A stretch of DNA of 64,000 nt from an uncultured Bacteroidota bacterium (GCA_963806435.1 CAWEBD010000075.1:5395-69394); one strand, 5' to 3'. Positions 9,175 through 19,373 are shown, counted from the stretch's first letter. Translations and numbers: made by a program. The notes: generated by a model not told the origin, from the sequence alone.

Positions 9175-9764
9175 TTCTCGCTCGTCAACTGCTGTATCAG
9201 CTTTTCAAATACCGATGCCGGCCGGTATCCCTCGAATGAGGCCCTGATCTTGCCCTCTTTGTCGATGACAAAAGTAGTCGGTATTCCACGGATGCCGCCG
9301 TACGCGGCCACCACCTGGTTGTCACCCATCATGATCGGGTAGTTGATCCCGTAATCTTTCATGAACGGCTTAACATCGCTCAGGCCCCCCTGGTCGAGTG
9401 AAATGCCGAGCATCTGAAAGCCGTCATCCTTGTACTGCGAATAAAGCTTGATGAAATCAGGTATTTCGGCTTTGCACGGCGGACACCACGTCGCCCAGAA
9501 ATCGACGACGACCACCTTGCCCTTGAAATCCGAAAGCTTGATCGTCTTCCCATCCGTGGAAGTGAGAGAGAAATCCGGAGCAACCTTGCCTTCGCCGGGC
9601 GTCTGCATGGCCGCGTTCTCAGCGGGGATATCCTGCGCCGAAGCCGTGTTGTCCCTGCTCGGCTTGTTCAGATAGACCGCGCCGACTATAAGAGCCACCG
9701 CGGCAATCACGATAAAGTGGATGTTCTTTTCGATAAAGCTTCTTTGTTTTGCCTTGCGAGCCAT
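9171..9764 (-). CDS. membrane-anchored TlpA/ResA-like thiol:disulfide oxidoreductase
   Basis: 197 aa. N-terminal TM helix IHFIVIAAVALIVGAVYL. Thioredoxin fold with FWATWCPPCKAEIP active site. 4-nt overlap with the downstream gene. Confidence 0.85.
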   Translation of the reverse strand: MARKAKQRSFIEKNIHFIVIAAVALIVGAVYLNKPSRDNTASAQDIPAENAAMQTPGEGKVAPDFSLTSTDGKTIKLSDFKGKVVVVDFWATWCPPCKAEIPDFIKLYSQYKDDGFQMLGISLDQGGLSDVKPFMKDYGINYPIMMGDNQVVAAYGGIRGIPTTFVIDKEGKIRASFEGYRPASVFEKLIQQLTSEK

Positions 9765-9765
9765 C

Positions 9766-10176
9766 TTACTTCACCTCGTCGATTATTTTCCTTATGACTT
9801 TTTCCACCTCTTCCGGCGCGTTGCCGAGGGAGGCGTGCGGGAAGAACTCCGAGATCAACGTCGGCAGCATCCCGGCGACATACTTTTTGCCGTCGCGCTC
9901 GTAAACGTTAATCTTGCACGGTATCATCAGCCCGATGTTCCTGTCGGCCTGCAAAACCGCGTGGGCCAGCTTCGCGTTGCACACTTCAATTATCTTATAG
10001 CCCGGGAAAGTAAAACCTTTATCCTGGAGGGTCTTCTGAACGTCGTGGACGTACAGGACCTTAAACCCGTTCTCGGCGGTTTTCTTCTGCACATCCTCTA
10101 CGAGTTCATCGAACCCGCGGTTACTCTCGACTACATAAGCTAGATTCATTACTTCTGTTTCCTCCTCCATACTCAC
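9766..10176 (-). CDS. DUF302 domain protein
   Basis: 136 aa. Pattern FDELVEDVQKKTAENGFKVLYVHDVQKTLQDKG...YKIIEVCNAKLAHAVL...IGLMIPCKINVYE fits DUF302 as recalled. Confidence 0.7.
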   Translation of the reverse strand: MSMEEETEVMNLAYVVESNRGFDELVEDVQKKTAENGFKVLYVHDVQKTLQDKGFTFPGYKIIEVCNAKLAHAVLQADRNIGLMIPCKINVYERDGKKYVAGMLPTLISEFFPHASLGNAPEEVEKVIRKIIDEVK

Positions 10177-10179
10177 CCT

Positions 10180-10569
10180 TTAGCTCAGGACTTTTCTCAG
10201 TTTATCTTCAGTCTTCGCGCCGACGAGAAATTCGACAATCTCGTTACCGCTGAGAACGACCGTCGTCGGTGTCGCCATGACGCCGAATTTTCTTGCTGTG
10301 GCCATGTCGCGCGAGATGTCGACTTTCTGAATCTTGTGACCGTCGGAAATCAGCCGGTCGATAACCGGTGTCTGGTACTTGCATGCACGGCAGGATGGCG
10401 AGTAGAAATATACCATCGCCTTCTCTCCCATCAGCATCATCTTTCCGATTTTGCCGCCGACCTGTTCGACGCGTTTTCCCTTGTTTCTCTTGCTTCGCAG
10501 AATCATCAAGTATTGCATCCCCATAAATGCGATAAAAATTCCGAGAAGGATATATACCAGGATCAACAT
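10180..10569 (-). CDS. membrane-anchored thioredoxin-family protein (CRAC active site)
   Basis: 129 aa. N-terminal TM helix MLILVYILLGIFIAFMGMQYLMIL, then a thioredoxin-like fold with YFYSPSCRACKYQTP and MATPTTVV (cis-Pro region). Confidence 0.7.
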   Translation of the reverse strand: MLILVYILLGIFIAFMGMQYLMILRSKRNKGKRVEQVGGKIGKMMLMGEKAMVYFYSPSCRACKYQTPVIDRLISDGHKIQKVDISRDMATARKFGVMATPTTVVLSGNEIVEFLVGAKTEDKLRKVLS

Positions 10570-10572
10570 TCT

Positions 10573-10770
10573 TCAGTCCTCTTTAACCATTCCGAGAGTG
10601 AACCCCATGAGCCCGCCGTACATTGTACTTATATACGGGTTGCTCGAGATGGGGCACGTCCCCGTTGAGCATCCTATGAAATGATAATAAGCGTATCCCG
10701 CTGCCGCGCCGACGGCGACAAACAGTATCTTAGTCAGGTTTTTCTTGAGTGCTGGATTTTTTAATTCCAC
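10573..10770 (-). CDS. small Cys-motif membrane protein (DUF6132-like)
   Basis: 65 aa. ILFVAVGAAAGYAYYHFIGCSTGTCPISSNPYISTMYGGLMGFTLG. Resembles the family NCBI labels DUF6132 (recalled, unverified). Confidence 0.55.
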   Translation of the reverse strand: MELKNPALKKNLTKILFVAVGAAAGYAYYHFIGCSTGTCPISSNPYISTMYGGLMGFTLGMVKED

Positions 10771-10776
10771 TGTTCT

Positions 10777-11346
10777 CTAGACCTTCTTCGCAACGACCGC
10801 GTAATATCGTGAATTGAGAATGACCGCCTTACCGGGCTTCAGCTTGCTCTTCGCTACAAAAGCCTTCACTTCAGCCGGTGTCAGTCGCTCTTCCACCGGC
10901 GGACCATACCGCAGCGAATCTACTCTCCAATCGATGATAAGGAGCGTCGCTTCCGGCTTCATTATCCTGCGTATTTCTTTGAGAAATTTCACCGGCTCGT
11001 TTTCATGGAGGATCGCGCTTGCGATCACAAAATCGACCGAATTTGTTTCGATTCCGAAGGAATAGCCATCCTTTGTGTGAACGGGGACGACGTTCGTCGG
11101 TGGCTTCTTGCTCTTCACAACCGCGAGCATATCTTTCGATGCGTCCACTGCGTACGCCGCGGCTTCCTTGCCAACGATCCGTGCGGCAGGGATCAGGAAA
11201 TAACCGGAACCGGTGCCGATATCCGCAACGACCATCCCTCGCTTCAGGCCAAACCTCTTGAGAGTGGTGGACGGCGGAAGGATTCTTCTCCTGTATGCCG
11301 AGTCCAGCCTCTTATGGTGCTTCGCTTCAAATCTATGTCTATGCAT
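10777..11346 (-). CDS. class I SAM-dependent methyltransferase
   Basis: 189 aa. Motif I VADIGTGSGYF, post-I AYAVDASKDML, and a DFVIASAILHE motif II/III region. Confidence 0.8.
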   Translation of the reverse strand: MHRHRFEAKHHKRLDSAYRRRILPPSTTLKRFGLKRGMVVADIGTGSGYFLIPAARIVGKEAAAYAVDASKDMLAVVKSKKPPTNVVPVHTKDGYSFGIETNSVDFVIASAILHENEPVKFLKEIRRIMKPEATLLIIDWRVDSLRYGPPVEERLTPAEVKAFVAKSKLKPGKAVILNSRYYAVVAKKV

Positions 11347-11536
11347 TTCCTACTTTCGATTTATCGTATTCTTCCACCATCGCCGCCACCGCCTTGTCGG
11401 TCAGCGCCATAATGTTGCCGCAGGCTTCGCAGTTGAAATAGAAGATGCTTCCGCAGCATCCCATCTGCGGCTTCAGCAATGCGCCGCATCTCTTGCACTT
11501 TTGGCTGCGCAGTGGATGGTTTGGGTCAAACTCCAA
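11339..11536 (-). CDS. small zinc-ribbon-like Cys-rich protein
   Basis: 65 aa with CKRC ... CC ... CEAC spacing. 8-nt overlap with the methyltransferase gene and a 1-nt gap from the PDO gene. No family recognised. Confidence 0.4.
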   Translation of the reverse strand: MEFDPNHPLRSQKCKRCGALLKPQMGCCGSIFYFNCEACGNIMALTDKAVAAMVEEYDKSKVGNA

Positions 11537-11537
11537 A

Positions 11538-12179
11538 TCAGTTCACCGCCTTGAGTAATTCTTCGACAAAATACTGCTCCGGCATCGCGCCCTCGAAGTG
11601 GTGTTCTTCGTTGACGACGATCCTCGGCACTCCGCGGACGTTATACTGCATCGCCAACTCCGGAAACTCCGTAGCCTCCACGGCATCGGCGGTCACGAGG
11701 TCGCTCGCCATCGCAAACTGGTGGGATAGAGTGACGGCATTCGGACAGTACGGGCAGGAAGGCGTCACGAAAACCTGTATATGCACGGGCTTCGTAAGCT
11801 TCGAGAGCTGTTCCACTGTTTCGGGCGCAAGCTCGTGATTGCTCGAGCCGACCATTCTGACGGCGCTCAGCAGAGCGACAAATTCGTAGCCGGCTGGCAA
11901 GCCGTAATAACGGATGCCGTGATCCTTCTCTCCCATGATAACAATCGCCGGGGCGCGCTTCACGTCGTACTTCTTCGCGATGTCAGCGTTCAATTCGATA
12001 TCGTACTTTTCGAGCTTAACCTTGTCGATGATCTCCGCGAACTCTTCCAGGATCGCCTGGACTTCGCCGCAATATTGACAATTGTCGCTCTGCGTGAAAG
12101 CAAGGATCCGGACCTCGCTGGTCAGTTCGCCTATCTGCGCCTTGATCTCCGCCTTGTCTGATTCCTGAATGAATGCCAT
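11538..12179 (-). CDS. protein disulfide oxidoreductase (PDO, glutaredoxin-like, two thioredoxin folds)
   Basis: 213 aa with N-unit CQYC (SDNCQYCGEV) and C-unit CPYC (TPSCPYCPNAV). This is the same active-site pair as the Pyrococcus furiosus PDO family. Confidence 0.75.
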   Translation of the reverse strand: MAFIQESDKAEIKAQIGELTSEVRILAFTQSDNCQYCGEVQAILEEFAEIIDKVKLEKYDIELNADIAKKYDVKRAPAIVIMGEKDHGIRYYGLPAGYEFVALLSAVRMVGSSNHELAPETVEQLSKLTKPVHIQVFVTPSCPYCPNAVTLSHQFAMASDLVTADAVEATEFPELAMQYNVRGVPRIVVNEEHHFEGAMPEQYFVEELLKAVN

Positions 12180-12188
12180 CTAAATTCC

Positions 12189-12539
12189 TTAGTTTGATTT
12201 CGTTTCGGCCGCGTTCGAGAAAGTCTTCGCCATTTTCTCGACAATGACCTTCTTGGGGACGGCCCCGATAATCCTGTCCACCATCTGACCGCCCTTGAAA
12301 AAACCGAGCGTCGGGATGCTCAGGATGTTGTACTTTATCGCGATATCCATATTCTCGTCGGTGTTTAGCTTCATCACCTTCACTTTGCCTTCATATTCCT
12401 TCGCGACCTCTTCAACTATCGGCGCGACCATTCTGCAAGGCCCGCACCAGGGAGCCCAAAAATCTATCAAAACCGGATCGGTTGATTTCAGGACTTCGCT
12501 CTCGAAAGTCCCTGTTGTAGCGTCTTTTATGTTAGCCAT
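12189..12539 (-). CDS. trxA: thioredoxin
   Basis: 116 aa. Canonical DFWAPWCGPCRM active site and SIPTL cis-Pro loop. First gene of the redox operon. Confidence 0.9.
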   Translation of the reverse strand: MANIKDATTGTFESEVLKSTDPVLIDFWAPWCGPCRMVAPIVEEVAKEYEGKVKVMKLNTDENMDIAIKYNILSIPTLGFFKGGQMVDRIIGAVPKKVIVEKMAKTFSNAAETKSN

Positions 12540-12615
12540 TCTAGATTCCTTTCGTTCTGTCTGTTAGATGAAGAAGAAGTGGTTTGGTTTCGACTTATCA
12601 TCAAGAAAAAAACGC

Positions 12616-14130
12616 CTATTTTTGGGACGCAACCTGCTTGAAAAACTGAGTCAGGAGCCTGACTCCGACGCCTGAACTCCCCCGTGCCGAGTACTCGGTG
12701 GGCTCCTCAAGCATTGCCGTCCCGGCAATATCGAGGTGAACCCAGGGATTGTCTCCGACAAATTTCTTAAGGAAGAGCGCTGCGGTAATGGCCCCGGCCC
12801 AGCGCCCCCCGACGTTCTTCACGTCGGCTATTTCGCTCTTTATCTGCTTTTCGTATTCCTCGAAAATGGGGAGCTGCCATACACGTTCGAATGTCTTTTC
12901 CCCGGCCTCCTTCAGCTGGGTCATGACATCCTCGCTCGTTCCGAGCATGCCGGTGGCGTGGTGACCGAGCGCAACAACACACGCGCCAGTCAGTGTGGCC
13001 AGGTCGATTATCGCCTTCGGTTTGTACCGCTTGGCGTAATGGAGAGCGTCCGATAGGATTATTCTTCCCTCCGCGTCGGTATTGTCCACCTCGATGGTTA
13101 TGCCGGACATCGTGGTCACCACATCGCCGGGTTTGTATGCCCGGCCGCCGGGGAGGTTTTCCGTCGAGGGGGCGATGCCCACCACGTTCACCGGAATTTT
13201 CAATGATGCCAGCGCCTGGATTGTCCCGATCACCGCGGCCGCGCCGGACATGTCCATCTTCATTTCGGCCATCCCGGCGGAGGGCTTCAGCGATATTCCG
13301 CCGCTGTCGAATGTGATCCCTTTTCCGACGATGGCGTACCAGTTCCGGTTGCGCGGGTTACCTTTGTACTCAAGCGTGATGAAGCGGGGCGGTCTCGCGC
13401 TTCCTGAATTTACCGCAAGAAGTCCGCCCATCTTCAGTTTGCGGATCTGCTTCTCGTCGAGAATTCTGGCGCGGACGTGGAACTTCCTGGCCATCTTCGC
13501 GGCGACTCCCGCCAGCACTTCCGGATACACTTCGTTCGCCGGGGCATTACAAAGGTCGCGCGTCAGATAGACCGCCTCGCAAGTCAGCCGGGCATCCCTT
13601 GCAGCCTGCCTTCCTATCGGGGCATCGATGCCTGAAAGGGCAGCCGTGATCGATTCCACCTTAGAGTTTTTGCGGTCGATAGTGAAATACTTGTCATATT
13701 TGTATGCACCGAGGATGGCGCCCTCAAGCAAGGAATGCACAACTTCGTAATGGCTCGTCCCCTCAAGCACGGAGTCCAACGCGGCCACCACGACTGAGGC
13801 AGCTTTCGCCGACTGTGCCGCCCTGATGCCGGCCGCCGCCGCTCTCCGAAGCCGCTCGTTCGTCAGCTGAGATTCATCTCCCGCGCCTGCGAGAAACACG
13901 ATGCCGTACTTGGCCAGCGAATAGACGGTTACCTGCTCGCCCTTCTCTCCGGTGAACCGGCTTCCCGCAACAGCGCGCTCCAGAAGAGATTTGTCCGCGG
14001 GAAAACTCGACAATAGCCTGCTGGCTTTGGCTGTTTTCTTATCGACCCCGATATCCTCTTTCGTAAGCACGAGTACAAGGGCGTCGGCTTTGATCGCGGT
14101 GAAATCTCTTTGTACAAATTCTACTTTCAT
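12616..14130 (-). CDS. pepA: leucyl aminopeptidase (M17)
   Basis: 504 aa. M17 signature VDNTDAEGRIILSDAL, plus the GKGITFDSGG and MKMDMSGAA metal/active-site regions. Confidence 0.9.
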   Translation of the reverse strand: MKVEFVQRDFTAIKADALVLVLTKEDIGVDKKTAKASRLLSSFPADKSLLERAVAGSRFTGEKGEQVTVYSLAKYGIVFLAGAGDESQLTNERLRRAAAAGIRAAQSAKAASVVVAALDSVLEGTSHYEVVHSLLEGAILGAYKYDKYFTIDRKNSKVESITAALSGIDAPIGRQAARDARLTCEAVYLTRDLCNAPANEVYPEVLAGVAAKMARKFHVRARILDEKQIRKLKMGGLLAVNSGSARPPRFITLEYKGNPRNRNWYAIVGKGITFDSGGISLKPSAGMAEMKMDMSGAAAVIGTIQALASLKIPVNVVGIAPSTENLPGGRAYKPGDVVTTMSGITIEVDNTDAEGRIILSDALHYAKRYKPKAIIDLATLTGACVVALGHHATGMLGTSEDVMTQLKEAGEKTFERVWQLPIFEEYEKQIKSEIADVKNVGGRWAGAITAALFLKKFVGDNPWVHLDIAGTAMLEEPTEYSARGSSGVGVRLLTQFFKQVASQK

Positions 14131-14150
14131 TTATCCTCCAATGTGAAGAT

Positions 14151-15146
14151 TTATATCTTAAGAATTGTGCCGGCGTCGGATACTACCTTCCGGACCGTTT
14201 CGGCGAGCTTAACGCCGGTCAGCCTCGCGCCGGAGGCGTTTTTGTGTCCGCCGCCGCCGTACATCTTCGCGAGTTCGTTTACCGGTATGTCTCCCTTAGA
14301 CCTGAAGCTTATCTTGACGCCATCTTCCATTTCAAGGAAGAAGAGCGTCACCACGACGCCTGCTATGGCGCCCGCCTGGTTGACAAAGTTGTCAACGTCA
14401 TCCGGTACGACGCTGTTCCTTTTCAATTGTTCCAGCGTTATCACGGCCTGCGAGACTCTGCCGTCGTAAGCCAGCTCAACGTTTGAGAGCATCTCCCCGA
14501 GAAGTCTCGTTCTCCCGAGCGAGTTCTCCTCGTACAGATTATGGTAAACATAGAAAGGGTCGACGCCCAGGTCAAGGAGATGCGCCGTAATGCGATGCAC
14601 GTCTCCGTCGGTACGAGGGAAGCGGAACGACCCGGTGTCCGTCATTATGCCGGCATATAATGCTTCCGCAATTCCTTTGTCGATAAGTTTCGGATCATAA
14701 GCCGATAGACACCTGTAAACAATCTCCGCAGTAGCCGGGGAGTCGAGGTCTATCAGCTGGTAGTCGACAAAATCCTGAGCTTCGAGATGATGGTCGATAA
14801 TGACCTTCTTCGCCTTGCTCCCAAGGAAATACTTCTCGAGGCTTTTGAGCCGACCGGGGTTATTCATGTCAAGCGCCATCAACACATCCGCGTCCCGGAG
14901 TAGATTGGCATCTCTTTCCGGAACGAACTGTTTTATTTCATTATTATAGTCCAAAAAGGCGTGGTTCGAAGGGGTTTCGCTGTGATTCAGGATGGCGGAT
15001 TGCTTACCGATTCTGTTAAGATACCTGTTCAAAGCGAGCTCCGAGCCGAGCCCGTCTCCGTCAGGATTAACGTGCGTGGTTAACACGAACTTCCGATTTG
15101 CATCAACCAACTCCCGGAAAAGTCCGGCAAGTTCCCGATGCTCCAT
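14151..15146 (-). CDS. DHH/DHHA1 phosphoesterase (NrnA-like oligoribonuclease/pAp phosphatase)
   Basis: 331 aa. HVNPDGDGLGS (motifs I/II), IIDHH (DHH motif), and GGGHKNASG (DHHA1). Confidence 0.8.
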   Translation of the reverse strand: MEHRELAGLFRELVDANRKFVLTTHVNPDGDGLGSELALNRYLNRIGKQSAILNHSETPSNHAFLDYNNEIKQFVPERDANLLRDADVLMALDMNNPGRLKSLEKYFLGSKAKKVIIDHHLEAQDFVDYQLIDLDSPATAEIVYRCLSAYDPKLIDKGIAEALYAGIMTDTGSFRFPRTDGDVHRITAHLLDLGVDPFYVYHNLYEENSLGRTRLLGEMLSNVELAYDGRVSQAVITLEQLKRNSVVPDDVDNFVNQAGAIAGVVVTLFFLEMEDGVKISFRSKGDIPVNELAKMYGGGGHKNASGARLTGVKLAETVRKVVSDAGTILKI

Positions 15147-15387
15147 TTGTACCTCCTCTTAAATCTGCAGGGTTGACAGACATTCTTGAATTAGCGCCTG
15201 TAAAAAAATACAAACCTTAAGCCCTAAATTCTAAATAATATTCAGAGCCTGGCACGTGAAATTTAGGGCGAAATTATCCTGTCGATTCGAATTCGCGTCA
15301 GATGGACTTGTCCAGAGAATGAAGCTCCGGCTTCGAAGCATCAACTCTGTCAACCGTCCACGAATCCGGGTAGCGGCGACTCCGCAT

Positions 15388-15424
15388 GGAAAAGAAAAGG
15401 GCGGCCTCAAGACCGCCCCTTTTC
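15388..15424 (-). terminator. rho-independent terminator after korB
   Basis: About 20 nt after the korB stop. GC stem GGGCGG/CCGCCC (15413-15418 / 15399-15404), followed on the minus strand by TTTTCTTTTCC. A-run on the other side. Confidence 0.7.
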
Positions 15425-15444
15425 CAACGGGAAATTCTCAGTGG

Positions 15445-16491
15445 CTAATTCGCCGAAACGACCCAGGTGTTTCCGGACTTCAGGAGCTTGTCGAGATCGC
15501 CCACGCCACGTTTCTTCGTGACTTCCTGTATCTGAGACACCATCATATCTTCGTAGGTCTTTCTCTCCGTGGCGAAGAAAATGCCGATCGGAGTTGGAAA
15601 CCCAACGCGGTCGCTGAAAGTCGCGAGGAGTACCGCCATGTCGAACGATTTTTCGTCGTAGACGGGAAGGTCGTTCACGCTTATCTTGCCGTCCTTCAAC
15701 GAAACGACTTCAGGTGTGAAGCCGTTGAGCCTGATGCCCTTGTCATTCTCTTTTCCGAACACGAGAGGCTTGCCGTGCTCGAGATACAAAACGTTATCAG
15801 GCTTGGTCTCTTTCTCGGTCAACAGAAGAAAGGCGCCGTCGTTGAACACGTTGCAGTTCTGATATATCTCGATGAACGCAGTTCCTTTATGCCTGGCGGC
15901 CCTAAGGAGAATCTGCTGAAGGTGTTTCGGATCTCTGTCCAAAGAGCGGGCGACAAACGTCCCTTCCGCGCCGAGCGCAAGCTGGACGGGATTGAACGGA
16001 TAGTCTATCGTGCCGAACGGAGTAGACTTCGTCTTCTTGCCGAGTTCGGAGGTGGGCGAGTATTGCCCTTTCGTCAGGCCGTAGATGCGGTTGTTGAACA
16101 TCAGTATCTTCAATCCGATGTTGCGCCTCAACGTGTGGATGAGGTGATTACCGCCGATCGAAAGAGCGTCGCCGTCTCCGGAAGCCACCCAGACCGTCAG
16201 GTCGGGATTAGCCGTCTTCACGCCGCTGGCAATCGCGGGGGCGCGCCCGTGAATACCGTGGACGCCGTAAGCGTCCATGTAATAGGGGAACCGGCTAGAG
16301 CATCCGATACCGGATATGAACACGTGTTTCTCTTTCGGCGTGTCGAGCTCCGGGAGAATTCTCTGGACCTGCGCGAGTATGGAATAATCGCCGCAACCCG
16401 GACACCATCTTACGTCCTGGTCCGACGCGAAATCCTTCGCGGTATATTTCTTTGTCTGAACTTCACCATTTCCGTTTGTCGTACCCATCAC
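15445..16491 (-). CDS. korB: 2-oxoacid:ferredoxin oxidoreductase beta subunit
   Basis: 348 aa. TPP-binding region CPGCGDYSI ... [14 protein letters not shown]. 4-nt overlap with the alpha-subunit gene. Confidence 0.85.
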   Translation of the reverse strand: MMGTTNGNGEVQTKKYTAKDFASDQDVRWCPGCGDYSILAQVQRILPELDTPKEKHVFISGIGCSSRFPYYMDAYGVHGIHGRAPAIASGVKTANPDLTVWVASGDGDALSIGGNHLIHTLRRNIGLKILMFNNRIYGLTKGQYSPTSELGKKTKSTPFGTIDYPFNPVQLALGAEGTFVARSLDRDPKHLQQILLRAARHKGTAFIEIYQNCNVFNDGAFLLLTEKETKPDNVLYLEHGKPLVFGKENDKGIRLNGFTPEVVSLKDGKISVNDLPVYDEKSFDMAVLLATFSDRVGFPTPIGIFFATERKTYEDMMVSQIQEVTKKRGVGDLDKLLKSGNTWVVSAN

Positions 16492-18323
16492 TTAACACCT
16501 CCCAATGCATCTTTGATCGCTTCTTCGAGTTCAGCCGACCGGAGTGGCAGGCCTCTGACTTTGTTGAACTGGACGACTGGAATCAGGTATTCGGTCCTCA
16601 GGAGCTTCGCGAGCTGGCCGAGGTTGATCTCCGGGACGAGGATAGTCTTGAAATTCTTCAGAACATCTCCGAGGTTTCTCGGAAACGGGATCAGGTAGCG
16701 GAGATGAGCATGGGATATTTTGTATCCGTTCTTCCGCATTCTTTCAACCGTCGATCTCACCGATCCGAAAGTGCCGCCCCAGCTCACCACGAGCAAGTCG
16801 CCGCTCTGTTCCCCATAGACATCCTGAAGAGGAATATCCTTCTCGATTCCCTTCACTTTCTCGGCTCTGAGATGAACCATGAAATCGTGATTATCCGGGT
16901 CATAGCTGACGTTGCCGGTAATGTTCGCTTTCTCGAGACCACCGATCCGGTGTTCGAGCCCCGGAGTTCCGGGAAGCGCCCACGGCCGGACGTTGTTCTC
17001 GTTCCGCGAGTAGGGATTGAAATTCTCGGGGTCGGTCCTGAAGTGGACTGGAATCGCGGGAAGATCCTTCGCGTCGGGCACAAGCCACGGCTCGCTTCCG
17101 TTGGCCAGGTAACCGTCGGTCAGCAGGTAAACCGGTGTCATATACTTCACCGCTATTCTCGCCGCCTCGTAGGCCATTTGGAAGCAGTCTGCCGGAGTGG
17201 CAGCCGCAATCACGGGAGCTGGCGCCTCGCCGTGACGCCCGTACGTGACGAACATCAGGTCCGATTGCTCGGTCTTTGTCGGCAGACCCGTCGACGGGCC
17301 GCCGCGCTGAACGTCGACTATGACGAGCGGAAGCTCAAGCATTATTCCGAGACTGATTGTCTCCGATTTAAGTGCCGCGCCGGGACCGCTCGTTCCGGTA
17401 ACGGCAAGATTTCCGGCGTAAGATGCGCCGACCGCGGCGCCCGCCGCCGCGATTTCGTCTTCCGCCTGGTAGGTCTTCACGTTGAAGCTCTTATACGCGG
17501 ATAAATTGTGTAGTATATCGCTGGCGGGAGTGATGGGATAGCTGGCATAATAAAGGGGGATGCCCGCCTTCTGCGCTGCGGCGACGACGCCGAGTGCCGT
17601 TGCCTCGTTCCCGGTGATGTTCCTGTAAAGGCCGGGCTTGAGCTGCGCGGGTTTTACTTCGAAGCGGGCGGCGAACGCCTCTGTCGACTCGCCGTAATAA
17701 TAGCCCGCCTTCATTGCCTTATCGTTGGCTTCGGCAATCTTCGGCTCTTTCCCGAACTTCTCCTTTATCCATTCTTCGGTTGTCTCCAACGGTCTCGAGT
17801 ACATCCAGTACATCAGCCCCAGGGCGAAGAAGTTCTTGCTGCGAACCATCTCCTTCTGTGATAACCCGCTTCCCTGAAGCGCGTTCAATGTAAGCTTCGT
17901 CACAGGTACTTCAAACACTTGATAGTTACTAAGTGACTCGTCCCCCAGAGGGCTGGTTTCATATCCGGCGAGGGTCAGGTTTTTGTCGTCAAACGCGTCG
18001 ATGTTGGCGATTATCACGCCGCCTTTTTTCAGGTCTTTGAGATGGACCTTCAACGCGGCAGGATTCATCGCCACCAGAATGTCCGGTTGATCTCCCGGCG
18101 TCAGGATATCCCAGCTTGAGAAGTGGAGCTGAAAACTCGACACCCCGAACAGGGTTCCGGCAGGAGCCCTTATCTCCGCGGGGTAATCCGGAAGCGTGCT
18201 CAGGTCGTTCCCGAGCATAGCCGTCGTGTTAGTGAACTGCATGCCCGTAAGCTGCATACCGTCACCAGAATCGCCGGCGAACCGTATCACCACATCATCT
18301 AGAGTTTCAATCGTCTTACTCAT
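16488..18323 (-). CDS. korA: 2-oxoacid:ferredoxin oxidoreductase alpha subunit (fused gamma-alpha type)
   Basis: 611 aa. N-terminal [13 protein letters not shown] region followed by a pyruvate-flavodoxin oxidoreductase core-like domain ([10 protein letters not shown]). Operon partner of korB. Confidence 0.85.
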   Translation of the reverse strand: MSKTIETLDDVVIRFAGDSGDGMQLTGMQFTNTTAMLGNDLSTLPDYPAEIRAPAGTLFGVSSFQLHFSSWDILTPGDQPDILVAMNPAALKVHLKDLKKGGVIIANIDAFDDKNLTLAGYETSPLGDESLSNYQVFEVPVTKLTLNALQGSGLSQKEMVRSKNFFALGLMYWMYSRPLETTEEWIKEKFGKEPKIAEANDKAMKAGYYYGESTEAFAARFEVKPAQLKPGLYRNITGNEATALGVVAAAQKAGIPLYYASYPITPASDILHNLSAYKSFNVKTYQAEDEIAAAGAAVGASYAGNLAVTGTSGPGAALKSETISLGIMLELPLVIVDVQRGGPSTGLPTKTEQSDLMFVTYGRHGEAPAPVIAAATPADCFQMAYEAARIAVKYMTPVYLLTDGYLANGSEPWLVPDAKDLPAIPVHFRTDPENFNPYSRNENNVRPWALPGTPGLEHRIGGLEKANITGNVSYDPDNHDFMVHLRAEKVKGIEKDIPLQDVYGEQSGDLLVVSWGGTFGSVRSTVERMRKNGYKISHAHLRYLIPFPRNLGDVLKNFKTILVPEINLGQLAKLLRTEYLIPVVQFNKVRGLPLRSAELEEAIKDALGGVK

Positions 18324-18348
18324 TCATATTTCCTCTGGTTAGTTGCTT

Positions 18349-19077
18349 TCATGACAGTTGGTTAAGGAACGGGAACCACTTCGCAAAGTAACCCGAAAGC
18401 ACGGTTAGATTGTTAGTCATAATCAGTATCCCGACGATGATCAGCAGAACTCCTCCTGTGACCTCCACCCATCTGATATATTTACTGAACCTCCTGAAGA
18501 ACGCGAGAAACGCGTTTATGCTCAGGCTCGTCACCAGAAACGGTATGCCGAGTCCGAGAGAGTACACCGATAAAAGAATTATACCTTTACCGACCGTGCT
18601 CTGCTGTGCCGCGATAGTGAGAATCGCCGCGAGCACAGGCCCGATGCACGGGGTCCATCCGAACGCGAAGGCCAGTCCGGCCACGAATGAACCGAGCGGC
18701 CCGATCTTCTTGTCGCTGTGAAATTTCTTTTCGTAGTTAAGAAACTTGATCTTGAAAATCCCCGTCATGTGAAGCCCGAAGATGATTATTATCACCCCGG
18801 CGATTTTCGAGAACAGGTCTAGCTTCTCGACGAGAAATTGTCCCACAACTGTGGCAGACGCGCCGAGCGCGACGAATATCACGGAGAAACCGAGTATGAA
18901 GAGTATAGAATTGAGGGTCACCCTTTTGAAGAGGTCGGCGCGGGAGCTGCTCACCAGTTCCTCGAAGCTGTAACCGCTTATGAAGGAGAGGTACCCCGGG
19001 ACTATTGGCAAGACGCAGGGCGAGATAAAAGATATTATCCCGAACAAAAACGCCGTCAATATGCTAACATTTTCCAC
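18349..19077 (-). CDS. ccdA: cytochrome c biogenesis thiol-disulfide transporter CcdA/DsbD-family
   Basis: 242 aa, polytopic. Conserved FISPCVLPIVPGY and FGWTPCIGPVL Cys motifs. Confidence 0.85.
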   Translation of the reverse strand: MENVSILTAFLFGIISFISPCVLPIVPGYLSFISGYSFEELVSSSRADLFKRVTLNSILFILGFSVIFVALGASATVVGQFLVEKLDLFSKIAGVIIIIFGLHMTGIFKIKFLNYEKKFHSDKKIGPLGSFVAGLAFAFGWTPCIGPVLAAILTIAAQQSTVGKGIILLSVYSLGLGIPFLVTSLSINAFLAFFRRFSKYIRWVEVTGGVLLIIVGILIMTNNLTVLSGYFAKWFPFLNQLS

Positions 19078-19373
19078 CGCTATCTCCTCGAAAAATAACT
19101 CAGAAACGCCGCCTAAACAAGATCAGTCGGCACAAGTGAGATGAAAATAACGTGCCGAAGGGTTCCGCTTCTACTGAAGAATTCTGCACTCTAAAAAGCA
19201 ACTAGCTTCCCTGCTGGGGCAACTTCTCCCGATGCCTGGACGAGAAGCCACAAACCGAATCCGCCGTGCAACCCGCTCAATCGGTATACATATTCGTATC
19301 GGAGGGAATCTGAAAGCCGAAGATATCGGCAAGAGCGAACGGCGGGGCAGCCGAGCCCCACCGTCGACTCTCA

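Noticed and set aside
15256-17504. Long plus-strand ORFs (480 aa and 350 aa) antisense to korB/korA, and similar ones at 37963-39207, 39834-40904, 57965-59098 and 59748-61046
   Set aside because: They lie entirely antisense to genes with unambiguous conserved motifs. Their products are Arg/Leu/Val-rich and low in complexity, with no recognisable motifs. This is typical of shadow ORFs in GC-rich coding DNA.
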